Shown one piece after another: positions 12,639 to 25,764 of a DNA stretch of 64,000 bases. How positions within the stretch are numbered: the stretch's first letter is position 1; each line of letters starts with the position of its first letter. The translations under genes and the position numbers were made by a program. This DNA is from Mobula hypostoma. Taxonomy: Eukaryota. Where the stretch lies: positions 131,876,001 to 131,940,000 of the forward strand of contig NC_086097.1 in assembly GCF_963921235.1 (NCBI RefSeq). Reading direction: 5' to 3'. The notes under the pieces were generated by a model, which saw only the letters and a list, made by a program, of their open reading frames with translations, searched no databases and was not told the origin of the DNA.

Positions 12639-13224
12639 TACATATTTAAGGTGTAATTTACTGCAGTTACTTAACTCATTAGCACACGCTTGGAGTGGGG
12701 GATGAAACCAGAGCTCGGGGGGTAGCCATGCCATCACAGGGAAAAGGGGTGGGCTCCACTCAGGCAGCGCTGGAGGTAGGAATCAAATTCAGATACCTGA
12801 AAATGTGATACTGCAGAACTAATTACTCTGCCTTTGTGTCAATCTAAACATTAAAACGTTAACTCTGATTCTCTCTCCGCAGATTCTGCTTGACGTCAGA
12901 ATATTTTTCGCATTTTCTGTTTTTATTTTGTGTTTAAAATAGATGTGTGGTGTAAAGTAGTGACTGGTAGCTGTATTAAGCTTTTGTTCACTTGTGAAAG
13001 TTTTCCGATCTTAACAATAAAGTGTATTACATTCAAAACCTGTTTACATTTGCAAAGCACCTGAAAACAGCCAAACTGATTCCCACCTATTTAGATATTT
13101 TCAAAGTTCACATAAAGGTAGGCTCTTTGTGTGACCTTTGCTCCCAGCGTAATGCTGTTTTGTTTGGCTCTATCCATGGGTACTTATGTATGATTGAATA
13201 ACAATTAAACTTGAACTTGAACTT

Positions 13225-15410
13225 ATGTGAGATATGGAAACTCTGGGAGACTGAAGGTCTCCCAGATAACTACACCTGTATGAAGTGCATCAAGCTGCAG
13301 CTCCTAGAGTCCATGTTAAGGAACTAGATCTGCAGCTGGATGACCTTCAGCTCATACCAGAGAATGAGGAGGTGATAGACAGGAATTACAGGGAGGTAGT
13401 CACCCCTAAGTTACAGGATGCATGTACTGGGATGACTGTCAGGAGAAGGAAAGGGAACAGGCAGTTAGGGCAGAATACCTCTGTGGCTGTTACCCACAAT
13501 AATAAAGAATACTGCATAGGATAGTGCTGGGGGCGGGGGGGGGGGGGGAATGGTGTTGTGGAAGACCTACCAGGAGGAAGCCAAAACAACTGGTCTCTGG
13601 CACTGAGTCTGGCTCTAAGGCTCAGAAGAGAAGTAGGGAGAAAGAGTGCTATTGTAGTAAGAGATTCCATGATATGAGATCCTATGGATGGAAAAAGAGA
13701 CACCTGGATGGTATGTTGCCTCTCAGGTGCCAGGGTCAGGGGCGTTTCCAATCAGATCCACAACATTCTAAATGCCGGAAATTTGAGTGTGTCAGGGGAC
13801 AGAAGTGAGTGTAGTTGATATTCTTAAGGAGAACCTGCTTGGGAAGCCGGAAGGTCTAAAGGTAGATAATTCACTTGGACCAGATGGACTGCACCTCAGG
13901 TTTTTGAAAGAGGTATCCGAAGAGATTAGTAACAACCTTTCAAGAATCAGTAGATTCTGGAATGGTTCCAGAGGACAATTGCAAATGTTAGTCCATCTTT
14001 AAGAAGAGAGGAAGACTGAAGGAAGGCAATTATAGGCCAGTTAGCCTGACTTCAGTGGTTGGGAGGATGCTGGAGTCCACTATTAAGGAAAAGGTTTCAG
14101 GGTACTTGGAGGCACATGATAAAAGAGGCCAAAGTCAGTGTGGTTTTTCTGATGAGGAAAGTTTGCCTGAAAAAACTGTTGGATTTTTTTTTCAAAGAAG
14201 TAACAGCAGGATAGGCTAAGAAGGTCAGTGGATGTTGTTTACTTGGACTTTCAGAAGGCCTTTGACAAAGGTGCTGCATGTGAGGCTGTTTAAAAGATAG
14301 AAGCCCATGTTATTACAGGAAAGACACGAGCATGGATGGAAGATTGACTCACTGGCAAGAAGCAAAGAGGGGGAATAAAGGGGGCCTTTTCTGGTTGGAT
14401 GCTGCTGACTGGTGGTGCTCCACAGGGGTCAGTGTTGGGACCACTTCTTTCACGCTATATGTCAGAGATTTGAATGACAGAATTGATGGCTTTGTTGCCA
14501 AGTTTGCAGATAAGTGGGAGAATAGTTAGTACTGAGGAAGCAAGGAGTCTGCAGAAGGACTTATACAGTTTGGGAAAACTTGCAAAGTGGTAGCAATTAG
14601 ACTATAGTGTAGGGAAGTGTATGGCCATGCATTTTTGTAGAAGGAATAAAGGCATAGACTATTTTCTAAATAGGAGAAAATCAGAACTGCAAAGGGACTT
14701 GGGAGTCTTTGTGTGGGATTCACTGAAGGTTAACTTGCAGGTTGTGTTGGTGGTAAGGAAGCTAAATGCAATGTTAGCATTTATTTTGAGAGGACTTCAA
14801 TATAAGAGCACGAATGTAATGCTGAGGCTTTATAAGTAATTGTTCAGACTGAACATGGAGTATTGTGAACAGTTTTGGGCTCCTTATCTCAGAAATTATG
14901 TGGTGGCATTGGAGTAAGTCCAGAGGATGTTTATGAAAATGATTCCAGGAATGAAAGTTTAACGTATGAGGAGTGTTTGATGGCTCTGGGCCTGTATTCA
15001 CTAGAGTTTAGGATAGTGAGGAGGGACCTCATTGAAACCTGTTTAATGTTATAAACCCTCAATAGAGTGGATGCAGAGAAGATGTTCCCTACAGAGGGTG
15101 AGTCCAGAACAAGTGGACACACACACAGAATAAAGGGATGTCCATTTGGAAGAGAGATGAGGAGGAATTGCTTCCCCTAGTGGATTATGAATCTGTGGAA
15201 TTCATTGCCACAGATGGCCATGGAGACCAAGTCACTGAGTATAGTTAAAGCAAAGGTTGATAGATTCTTGATAGGTCAGGGTGTCAAAGGTTATGGGAAA
15301 AAGACAGGAGAATGGGGTTGAGAGAGAGGGTTGAGAGTTATGATGGAATGGCGGAACAGACCTGAAGTGATGAATGGCTTAATTATGCTCCTGTGTTACA
15401 TGGTTTTTAC
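13225..15410 (+). mobile_element. Decayed CR1 LINE: ORF1 remnant joined to the RT half of ORF2
   Basis: ORF1-like CIKLQLL and GTATGTTGCCTCTCAGGTGCCAGGGTC (VCCLSGARV). ORF2 LKVDNSLGPDGLHLR, NYRPVSLTSVVG, KFADK and 3' UTR. Confidence 0.8.
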
Positions 15411-15614
15411 TCATGATATTGAGGTAAGCAAACATTGACTGGCATCTGAGACCTATAAATTACAAGTGCAAACGTATGTTCTTATGATAAATTAGATCAC
15501 TTTTAGTGCTCAATGAAATAATGTTAGTTCAAATTTTGAGGAAACTCTCCTGCTGTTGTTGAATATAGTTGCACCATCAATGGTAATTGGTCTATTATTG
15601 TCATACACTAAACT

Positions 15615-16035
15615 AGTTCCATCATGAGTGAGCCCTCCCCTCCCATCAAGGATATCTGGAAGAGGTGATGTCTCAGGAAGGTGAGTCATCATCAGTTCCC
15701 CATCATCTGAGCCATGGCCTGTTACTGTTGCAGCCATTAGCAAGGAGGTACCAAAACTTGATGACCCACACCTCAAGGTTCAAAAACAATTTCTTCCCCT
15801 CTGCCATCAGGTTCTTGCCCAATGTCAAAAAGTTTAACACTACCTTGAATGACATATACTTCTTGTTTCTCTCCCCTACTTTGTTGTGTAAGTTATGTAT
15901 AATTTACGTAAATTTGTTTCATGTAATATGTTTGCCATGTCTGTAATATATTTTTGATGCTGCTGCAAAAATCTAATTTTCATGGTATTTGTACCCCGGA
16001 TATGTTTGCCCATTAGAATAAACTTGACCTTGAAT
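15615..16035 (+). mobile_element. Rex1/Babar 3' fragment
   Basis: THTSRFKNNFFPSAIRFL motif; AATAAACTTGACCTTGAA tail. Confidence 0.7.
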
Positions 16036-16377
16036 TTCATGAACGTGAATAGTTACAGAGAAAGTGCAGTGCAGGTCGATACTAAAGTGCAAGGGCCATG
16101 ACAAGTTCAACAGAAAGATTGAGAGCCCCTCTTTATTATTTGAGAGGGCCATCCGGGATTCTTATATTCATGGAATAGAAGTTTCCTTGGGACTGGTAGT
16201 GCATGTTTTCAACCTTTCGTATGTTCTGCCTGATGTAAAGATAGAGAAAAGAGAATGACTGTGGTGAAAGTGTCCTTGATGACATTTGCTGCTTTCCTGA
16301 GGCAGCAGGAAGTATAAAGAGTCAATAGCGGGGAGGCTAGTTTTCGTGACAGACTGGGCTGCACTCACAACACTGCA

Positions 16378-18420
16378 AGTTCAAAGTTCAAAGTAAAATT
16401 TATTGTTAGAGTACATACATGTCACCACATACAACCCTGTGATTCCTTTTCTGTGGACATAATTAGCAAATCTATAGAACTGTAACTGTAAACAGAATCT
16501 GTAAGTTGTAAACATCAGGAACTGTAAACAAACTGCGTAAATGCAGATAATAAATAAATAGGAATAAATCACAAGCATGAAATAACAAAAGAGAAGAGTC
16601 CTTAAATGAGTGTAGTTATCCCCTTTTGTTCAATAGCCTGATGGTTGAGGGGTAGCAAATGTTCTTGAACCTGGTGGTGTGAGTCCTGGGGCACTTGTAC
16701 CTTCTTCTTGATAGCACCAGCGAGAAAAGAGCATGGCTTGGGTGGTGAGGATCTTTGATGATGGATGCTGCTTTTCTACAGCAATGTTTCATGTAGATGT
16801 GCTGTGTGGTTGAGAGGGTTTTACATGTGATGTAGCAGGCCGAATGCATTACCTTTTGTAGGATTTTCCACTCAAAGGCATTGGTGTTCCCATACCAGGT
16901 CATAAAGCAGCCAGTCAGTACACTTTCCACCACACATCTACAGAAGTTTGTCTAGGATTTTGATGATATGCCGAATCTTCACAGACTCCTGAGGAAGTAG
17001 AGGCACTGTTGTGCTTTCTTCACAATTATATTTATATGATGGGTTCAGGACAGGTCCTCTAGATAATCCCAGGAATTTAAAGTTGCTGACCCTCTCCACC
17101 TCTGATCCTCTGATGATTACTGGTGTGTGGACCTCTGGTTTCCCTCTCCTGAATTCTACTATCAGTTCATTGGTCTTATTGTCATTGAGAGAGAGGTTGT
17201 TGTTATTACACCACTCAGCCACTCTCCCTTCTATGTGCTGATTCATTATCACCTTTGATACAACCCATAACAGTGGTGTCATCAGCAAACTTCTATATAG
17301 TGATGGCACTGTACTTAGCCACACAGTCAGAGGCATAAAGCAAGTACGGCAAGGGGCTAAGTAGACATCCCCGTGGTGCTTCTGTGCTGATGGAGATTGT
17401 GGAGGAGATATTTTTGCCAATCCAAACTGATTGGGGTCTACAAGTGAGGAAATCCAGGGTCCAATTGCACATGGGAGTATTGAGGCCAAGGTCTTAGAGT
17501 TTACTGATTAGTTTACAGGGAATGATGATGTTAAATGTCAAGTTGTAGTTGATAAAGAACATCCTGATGTATGTATCTTTGCTGTCCAGATGTTCCAGGG
17601 TTGTGTGTAGAGCCAACAAGATACCATCTGCTGTAGACCTGCTGCTTCAATAGGTGAATTGGAATGGATCCAAGTTGCCATTCATACAGGAGCTGATATG
17701 CTTCAATACCAGCCTCTCAGAGCACTTCGTCACTGTGGATGTAAGTGCTGCTGGGTGATCGTCATTTAGACAGATTAGACAGACTCTTCTTGGGCACTGG
17801 TATGACTGAAGCCTGCTTGAAGCAGGTGGTACCACACACTGCTGGAGCGAGAGGTTGAAGATATTAGTGAATACACCAGCCAGTTGCTTGGCACAGTTCT
17901 TCAGTACTCGGCCAGGTACTCTGTCCGGACTGAATGCTTTCCTTGGATTCACTCTTTTGAAGGCAGACCACATGTCATCTTCCGATACTGAGGCCAAAGG
18001 ATCATTGGGAGACATGGGAGTGCGCGATGGTTTCATCCTGTTCTGGTGATCAAAGAGAGCATAGAAGGCATTGAATCAGATCTCTGTTTTCCCCGTGTGA
18101 CAAGATTTAACATTCTAGAAGGTTATGGCAGTCAAACACTGCCACAGCTGTCGAGCATCCCTCATTAATCCCAGTCTTGCCCGGAATCTCCTCTTTGCCT
18201 GAGAGAGGGCATTCTGGAGATCATACCAGCACCTCTTGTAGCATCCTTGATCTCCAGACTTGAATGCCTCAGCAGATTCCGGATTTCATTGGTCATCCAG
18301 GACTTCTGACTGGGGAGAACCCTGAATGCTTTTGTGGGGACACACTCATCCACAGCTGTTTGATTAAGTCTGTAATGACCCTGGTGAAGTCATTCAGGTC
18401 CACAGCTAAGTCCTCCTGGA
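16378..18420 (-). mobile_element. Rex1/Babar LINE, 5'-truncated and frameshifted
   Basis: ORFs contain RVNPRKA..PD.VPGRVLK.CA.QLAGVFT.IFNLSL, VERVSNFKFLG and THTTRFKN..YPSTIRLLN; TTTGAACTTTGAA tail. Confidence 0.9.
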
Positions 18421-19839
18421 CAAAGCAGAATCAGAATTGGGTTTAGTATCACTGACAAATGTTATGAAATGTGTTGTTTTGTGGCATGAGTACACTGTAA
18501 TACATAAAAATGACTGCAAGTTACAATTTTAAACAAATAAATAATTAATAGATAGATAGTGCAAAAGAGGGATAGTGACATAGTGCTTATGGGTTCATGG
18601 ACGGTTCATAAATCCGGTGACAGAGGGGAAGAAGCTGTTCCAAAAACATTGAGTGTACAGTTGTCATACCTATCTGTGATGGATCTGGATAGGATGACTT
18701 TGTTGGTGCATCTAAAAAAAATCTGGCAAGGGTCATCATGGGCATGCTGAATTTCATTAGCTTTCTGAGGAAGGTCTTCTCTGACAGGAGCACCCCTCAT
18801 TTCTGAAATGTGAGAGATTAGTGTTTCTCAGGATACCTTGCTTTCCTTTGACATAGCTTCCTGGAATAATTTATTTCCACACTTGAGAGCAGGACATGGA
18901 GACACAAGAGATTGCACATGCTGGAATATGGAGCACCACATGAGATGCTGGTTCCCTGCTCAAAAGTTTTGATAGAAACATCAGACAGTGGATGCAAAAG
19001 AATATGGAGGCAACAAACTGGAGGCAACCAACAATATACTGGAAGAACTCAACAGTACAGGTAGTATCTGTGGAAGGAAATAGACAGTCGCCATTTCTGG
19101 TTGAGGCTGTTCATTTGGACTCATTCTATCGACAGCTCTTCCTCAGTACTGCAGTGGCAGGTACAGACTTAGAGATCAGTTCTTTACCGTGGAACTTGGG
19201 CCCTGAAAGTTCCATTCAGAAGATGGAGTGCTCTGCAGGCAACCCTCCTGCTACCTCTGGGGGTCACTGCATTCTGGGGTTTGGAGGGGTTGGTGTAAAA
19301 TCTAGCACAGAGATCTGAGCTTTATACAAAGGAGGCCTCAGATGAGTGCAGTGTTGATAGAACATCAGTGCGGGTCAGAAGCAGGCAGAGCATATAATCA
19401 GTGGGCCAAATAAACTCCTTCTCTACCACTTGGACATATGGAAGTGCTTTACCTTGTGGTAGAAAAGTCATGTCAATGGATTCCACTGCCATCTCTCCAT
19501 GGCTGTGAAACTTACTCCTTCTGGATGCCTATCCTTTTTCTTTTCAAACCTTGATTCACTTTGTTTCACTGACTTTAAAGGAAATGAATGCCAGCTCATA
19601 ACTTCTCTCAGTCATTCTTTTCCGTCATATTTTTCCTGTACTGAATATTTTGTACCATGCTTTAACTCAATATGTCTGATCATTAAACCATCCCTCTCTC
19701 TATCAAGAACCCTGCATGCACACGGTGACTGACTCTGCACCTAAGATTCATGGGTTGATCCAGCAGACTCTACCAAAGCTCTGTAACCAATGCTAACACT
19801 GTTACCATCTCCACATCTTTCTTGTAGAATCATTGTCAT

Positions 19840-20175
19840 AGAGTCATAGAGAGAAACAGAATGGAGACAAACCCTTTGGTCAACTGAGTCTACATTGTCG
19901 ATCGACCATCCATTTTATGAATTCTACATTAACCCTATTTTATTCACCCTCACATGCTTATCAACTATTGCCAGATTCTACCTCTCAACTACTCTTGAGG
20001 GACAATTTACAGTAGCCAATAAACTTGCACCTCTTTAGGATGTGGAACAAAACCAGAGCATCCAGAGAAGACTCATCTATTTACAGGAAGAACATGTAAA
20101 CACCACACAGAGAGAACCTGAGGTCGGGCTATCAGGCTATCAGGCCCGCAGCTTTACTATGCCACAGTGTCACTA
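19840..20175 (-). mobile_element. V-SINE (HE1-like)
   Basis: GGACAATTTACAGTAGCCAAT, GGATGTGGAACAAAACCAGAGCA; CR1-derived tail CATAGAGTCATAGA. Confidence 0.65.
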
Positions 20176-21599
20176 TTTGATTGTACTTTAAGATGCTTCT
20201 TAAATATAACCCCTTCAGATGAAGTGTTTAGGATCTTAAATTCTCCCTCTTTGGCTTGATGTCAAGTTGACCAGCCAAGACCTTTTGGATGGTGCTGCTA
20301 CCTGAAAACCACTGAATAAGTTCCAGTAACCATAGTTATTCTTGACAACTGGTAATTGGTTTATTATTGTCACATATATGGAAATACAGTGAAAAGCTGT
20401 TGCTTGCCATCCAGACAGATTATTTCAAAGTCTCAAGTACATCATGATAGCCCAAAGCAAAAGCAATAGAAATATGCAGGATATAGATAGTTTGTTGCTA
20501 CAGATTCCATCATCTGGAGTCTCTTGTCTCCATTTTGCTACTACACTGTGAAGTTTTCTCAAGATATGCCAAATCTGAAAACATTTTCTTTCTGCCTCTG
20601 ACTGAGTCCTGATACAGGGTTTTGACTGGAAATGTGGACAATTCCTTTCTCCACATTGTTGCTGCTCAACCTGCTGAGTTCTTCCAGCAGATTGTTTGTT
20701 ACTCCGGATTCCCGTTCCGTAATCTCTGTATCTGCATTTTGAAATATCAGATATACTATACCAGCTGCACTCTGGTCTAAACTTCCAAAAAGGTCTCTAA
20801 TAAATCAGAAAGAATCAGGATCAGAATCTCTTATTATCGCCAAGTATGTGGACACATACAGGGAATTTGATGCCAGTTTCCCTGAGCTCTCGCTGTACAG
20901 AATCAAAAAGCAAACAAAATTATAGTTCAAATAATCATGAACTATATACAATGAGGTATACCTATGTATGTACAGGTGGACTTGGTTTATAATAGACTAA
21001 AATTCAAGTGTTCATAAGGCTGATGGCATACGGAAAGAAACTGTTCTTGTACCTATTTGTCCTGGCATACATTAATCAGACATAATTTTCATGAACCCCT
21101 GATGACTTTGCTCAATCAAATTATGACACTACTGTTACTGTCTCAACAATAGTTTCTAATGCTTTTTTTCCAATAATAGACTTTATATTATCTGGTTACT
21201 CACTTTTTCCTCCCACATTTTTTGAATTGGCCAGCTGTGGAGAAGGAGCAACACTGGGAGGAATTAGGGCAACCCAAGATGATATGGATCCAATCGAGAA
21301 GATAATTGTGATCCTGTAGTTGTGAGGTGAGATATTCACTTGCTCCTGGGGAAGAGAGCAAGGCTATGCATAGATGTCCCTTTGATCTCCCAATCCACAA
21401 GCAGTGCTATAAATTCCCTTAGCTCTTCCGAACAGTCTTCCTTAGTTTCCTTTAGATACCAGTCAGCCATGATTAAATCTGGAAGACCATTAAAATATGA
21501 ATCCATCATCCTTGTTACATTATGCAAATAGGAAACATTCTTTCTGAGAGGGAATTGGTTGTACTTCCTAGGAACCATTGAAAAGACACCTATTACTTG

Positions 21600-21910
21600 A
21601 CCTCCACAGATTCCTTGGCTGATGAAATTCCTCATTATTTGATTATAAAAAAGATGTCGCTTATTCTGAGGCTGCTCTCCCACTAATGAAAACAACCCCT
21701 CCTCATCTACTCTATCCAGGCTTTTCAGTATTTGATAGGTTCTGATGAGATTCCCCCCTATCCTCTGAGTTCCATCAAATCCAGAGCCATCAAATGCTCC
21801 TCATATACTAAGCCTTAAATTCCTACGATTACTCTTGTGAACCTCCTCTGTATTCCCTTCTGGGCCAGCAAATATTTTCTTTGATATGGTATACAAAATT
21901 GCTCAGAATT
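21600..21910 (-). mobile_element. CR1 fragment
   Basis: Reverse complement gives GGGAATCTCATCAGAACCTATCAAATACTGAAAAGCCTGGATAGAGTAGAT (GNLIRTYQILKSLDRVD). Confidence 0.65.
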
Positions 21911-21914
21911 TCAG

Positions 21915-22140
21915 AGGAATTGGGTTTTAGGGAGCATCTGAAAGAACAAGGGAGAGGAAGAGAGAGTTAAGGAAGTAATCACAGAGCATAAGGCTTTGAG
22001 ACTACATGCCAGTCCAGCAGCTCTGTGGTGAGTTAATGCAGGAATGGGTGAACAGTCAGAATGTAAGAGATGTGGAGATCTTGGTGCATTGTAGACTGGG
22101 AGAAGTGACAATGATAGAGATATACAATATTATAGAGGAC
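21915..22140 (-). mobile_element. L2 LINE 3' remnant
   Basis: ORF 21911-22111 (SLLPVYNAPR...FQMLPKTQF) resembles an L2 ORF2 C-terminus. A related piece lies at about 31120-31315 (+). Confidence 0.5.
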
Positions 22141-22264
22141 AAGTAGGTTGCCTCCAACTTTTTCACAGCCTGACCTCCAATGTAGATCCAACACTAGAAC
22201 AGTTAGCCATTTTGATTGCTGCAGACTATTCACTTGGGATGCATTTTTCTAGGAATTATCCTTT

Positions 22265-22535
22265 TCACCATCAACCATCCATCTATATTAATCCTAATTA
22301 ATCCCATTTTATTCTCTCCCATATTCTCACCAACTCCTGTCAGATTCCATCATTCACCTACGCACTAGGGACAAATTACAGTAGCCAATTAACCTATCAA
22401 ATTGCTGGTCTTTGGCATGTGGGAGGAAACCAGAGAATTTGTTCACAGGAAGAATGTGTAGACTCCATGTAGACAGAAGATGAGATCAGGCTATCAGGCA
22501 GCAGCTCTTCTATCTACACCACTTTGTTACTGTGC
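22265..22535 (-). mobile_element. V-SINE (HE1-like)
   Basis: CACTAGGGACAAATTACAGTAGCCAATTAACC...TGTGGGAGGAAACCAGAG. Confidence 0.65.
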
Positions 22536-22759
22536 CATTATCCCCTATGATATTTCTGACAAAAAAAAACCCTTGCTGAAGTGTGTAGCATCTTAAATTC
22601 TCTCTATCTGCCTTGATATCAAGTTAACCAGTGAGGAGCTTTGGGGTGTTGGTAAAAATACTAAATAGATTCCAATATTTATAACATTATAATATAGTTG
22701 CATGCCATCCAAACAGATCATTTCAAAACATAAGTAGGAATAAATCTCCTGCCCCTAAT

Positions 22760-23255
22760 AAAATATATGTTCATAGTCTTCTGCTGTTGTAGCCCATCCA
22801 CTTCATGGTTCAATGTGTTGTGCATTCAGCGATGCCCTGCTGCACACCACTGTTGTAATGTTATTAGAGTTACTGTTGCCATCCTGTCAGCTTGAACCAG
22901 TTTGGCCATTCTCTTCTGATCTCTCATTAACAAGGCATTTTGACCCACAGAACTGCTGCTCATTGAATGTTTTTTTTTGTTGTTTCTTGCACCAGTCTCT
23001 ATAAACTCTACAAACTTGTGTGTGTGCAAATCCTGGGAGATCAGCAGTTTCTGAGATATTCAAACCACCCTTTTGGCCACCAACAATTAAGTCACTTAGA
23101 TCACATTTCTTCCGCAATATGATGTTTGATCTAAATAACTGAACCACTTGACCATGTCTGCATGCTTTTATGCATTGAATTGCTGCCACATGATTGGCTG
23201 ATTAGATATTTGCATTAACAAGCAGGTGCACAGGTGCACCTAATAAAGTGGCAAT
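22760..23255 (-). mobile_element. Tc1-like transposon remnant (5' end plus transposase N-terminus)
   Basis: KKCDLSD..IVG...GGLNISETADL.GF..T.V.RVYRDWC and RMAKLVQADRMATVT (Tc1 HTH region). TIR-like GCCACTTTATTAGGTGCACC on the minus strand. Confidence 0.8.
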
Positions 23256-23266
23256 ATAGTGATGGT

Positions 23267-23583
23267 GTGTGGGCACGTGGCCAAGTGGTTGAGGCATTGG
23301 ACTAGCGACCTGAAGGTCATGAACTTGAGCCCCAGCAGAGGCAATGTGTTGTGTCCTTGAGCAAGGCACTTAATCACACATATCTCTGCGATGACACCGG
23401 TGCCAAGCTGTATGGGTCCTAATGCCCTTCCCTTGGACAACATTGGTGTCATGGAGAGGGGAGACTTGCAGCATCGGCATCTGCTAGTCTTCCATACAAC
23501 CTTGCCCAAGCCTGCGCCCTGGAGAGTGAAGACTTTCCAGGCGCAGATCCATGGTCTCGTAAGACTAATGGATGCCTTTTTTA
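23267..23583 (+). mobile_element. tRNA-derived SINE with 11-bp TSD
   Basis: A box TGGCCAAGTGG, degenerate B box, CORE-like GTGTCCTTGAGCAAGGCACTTAA, T-rich end. TSD ATAGTGATGGT at 23256-23266 and 23584-23594. Confidence 0.85.
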
Positions 23584-24477
23584 ATAGTGATGGTACGCAA
23601 GGAAAATGACAAATCAGATTGTGAGATCAAGGGATCATATTTATTGTACAAGAAGTCCATTCAAGAATGCTGAACAGTGGGATAGAAGCTGTCCTTGGCC
23701 TGGTGGAGCTTGTTGGTCTACAGGCATTGTGGCAACTTTAGAAGCTGAGCTCCCTGCACTTTAATGCATGATCACTTTCATGCTAAGGGCTTAAAGCTGA
23801 GGTCTAATCACTTCAGACCTTCCAAATATCACTGCACAGTACCGGATAATGGCACTTCAGCATGTATTATGATAAACAGCCAAAACGTTTCAATATAAAT
23901 CTGGCTAAATTATCTTCATGAGCGTTACTCTCCAACATCTTTAGGTGGATTGATATGTGGATAAGGAATTGAAATCAATTGCATCCCAAAAATGATTCTC
24001 GCTGTCAAATAAGGTTTGATTGATTCTTTTTATAAGCTAGACATTAATGCCTAGATGTGAGGGTTTAATAAAATTCTGAGGGGTGAGATGTAAATGTGAG
24101 CATGAAAAAAATTCAAAAGTGTTACACATTAACATAATTGTGTGCAGGCATCCAGCCACTGAAGTCTCCTGGCACACATTGGTTCCTTTTATACTGCACT
24201 GGAGCCAATATTAAATATCACTGGAGCAAACATTACTTTCACTCACAAAGGGGAAATGATATTGGTACTTCTGACATTTCAGAAGCTGCTGCTTTCTTGG
24301 AATATACACATAATAGATGGTTTTGCAACATTCAGCATTATGAGAAACAGTTTACCCTGCCATGACTATCTCATAGTAAGAAGAAGCATAATAGTTTTTA
24401 TGCATGTTTTGGAAAAGGTTATAAACTTCGCTATTAATTGTTGCTCTCCCAGCAACAAACTTACACCACAACATATG

Positions 24478-24541
24478 CACACACAGACATACACACACAC
24501 ACTCTGTCTCTGTCTGTCTGTCTGTTCTCTCTCTCTCTCTT
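24478..24541. repeat. Compound microsatellite (CA)n/(TCTG)n/(TC)n
   Basis: Direct reading. Confidence 0.9.
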
Positions 24542-25556
24542 TCATACATGCATATGGCCGAACACAGGCAATTAAGCCAACTGAATCATGAAAGCAGTCC
24601 TGATCTTCTTCTCAGGGAATCACTTGGAATCAAAGATGAGTTGCATGCCCTCTTCTTTTCTGAGTTCTGGATTTGCCGATGAGGTTGATGTTGGAATCAT
24701 AAGAATCTTCTGCAGATGGTGTAGGGACGCATAGGATGGAGTGTTTCAATTACTACTGGAAACTAGCGAGGCTGGGACTGTTTTCCTGTTGCATGACTGG
24801 CATATATAAAGTATATGCAGGACACTATTCCCTGTTTTGGAGGTGGAAAAATGCAGAAGATATATTTAGGATAAGGGGTAAGAGATTCAGAGATGATCTG
24901 AGAGAAACTTTGTGGGCCAAAGGGCCTGTATTGTGCTGTAGGTTTTCTAGGTTTCTAAACCAAGTTCCAGCTGGGATCAGGAGCAGCTAGAAAAATGGTC
25001 TGAAAAATGGCAGATGGAACTTAATGCGGATAAGTATGAGATGTTGCACTTTGGGAGGACAAACCAGGGTAGGACTTACACGGCGAACAGCAGGGCACTG
25101 AATAGTGTGGTAGAAGAAGGTTCTAGAAATTGAGGCTTCCATTGGTCAGGGTTGACCAAGGATGTATCATAGCTATCTTGATATGCAAGCCAGGGCAATA
25201 CAACATGGAGAGAAAGCTGTTGCCCATGTGACAAACTTGCCCTCTCCATGTAGCTGTTGAATCCAAAGGAACAGCTGAGAATGACACAGCTTGGCACCAG
25301 CAGCACCGCAGGAGTTACTGTTCAGCATTGAGCTCAGTGTAGGACCACCTTATGAATCCAACTCCACACTTTTCTTCAGGGTTTATTCCTGAAGCCTTCC
25401 CCATGAGTGGGTAAAGCCACAAGGCAATGGAGGTTTGTGATCATAGATGAGCTGCCAACCATGTCTGATGAGCCCCATCTGCCCGAAGCAACTGATTTTA
25501 AGGAGCAAGTAACCCACCTTTGCCCTGGGTGAAATGGTTCCGCTAGGCTTAGTAGC

Positions 25557-25764
25557 TGCTGTGTCTGTGCATAACTACTTATCAATTAAATAAAAATACG
25601 CACACAGGAGATGGCTTTAACTGATGTACTCTCCTTGCAATGAGAGAGAGAGAGAGAAAACAATGCATATGCATAGACAACCACACATGTGCAGACAACG
25701 GATATATACGTAGTGCTGGGGAGGGGGTATTATTGTTCTAAAAGAAATAGATCCATACATTACA
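25557..25764 (-). repeat. 3' LTR of the minus-strand Gypsy
   Basis: Direct repeat of 28304-28505 (GTGTCTGTGCA..ATCAATTAAATAAAA..GATGGCTTT..TGTGCAGACA..TACATTACA). Confidence 0.88.

Noticed and set aside
21200..21480. Possible minus-strand exon (CAG acceptor near 21480, GTGAGT donor near 21203)
   Set aside because: No frame stays open between the sites, no recognisable homology, and no partner exons found.
23270..23345. tRNA gene
   Set aside because: Degenerate B box and no acceptor stem; it is a SINE head bounded by a TSD.
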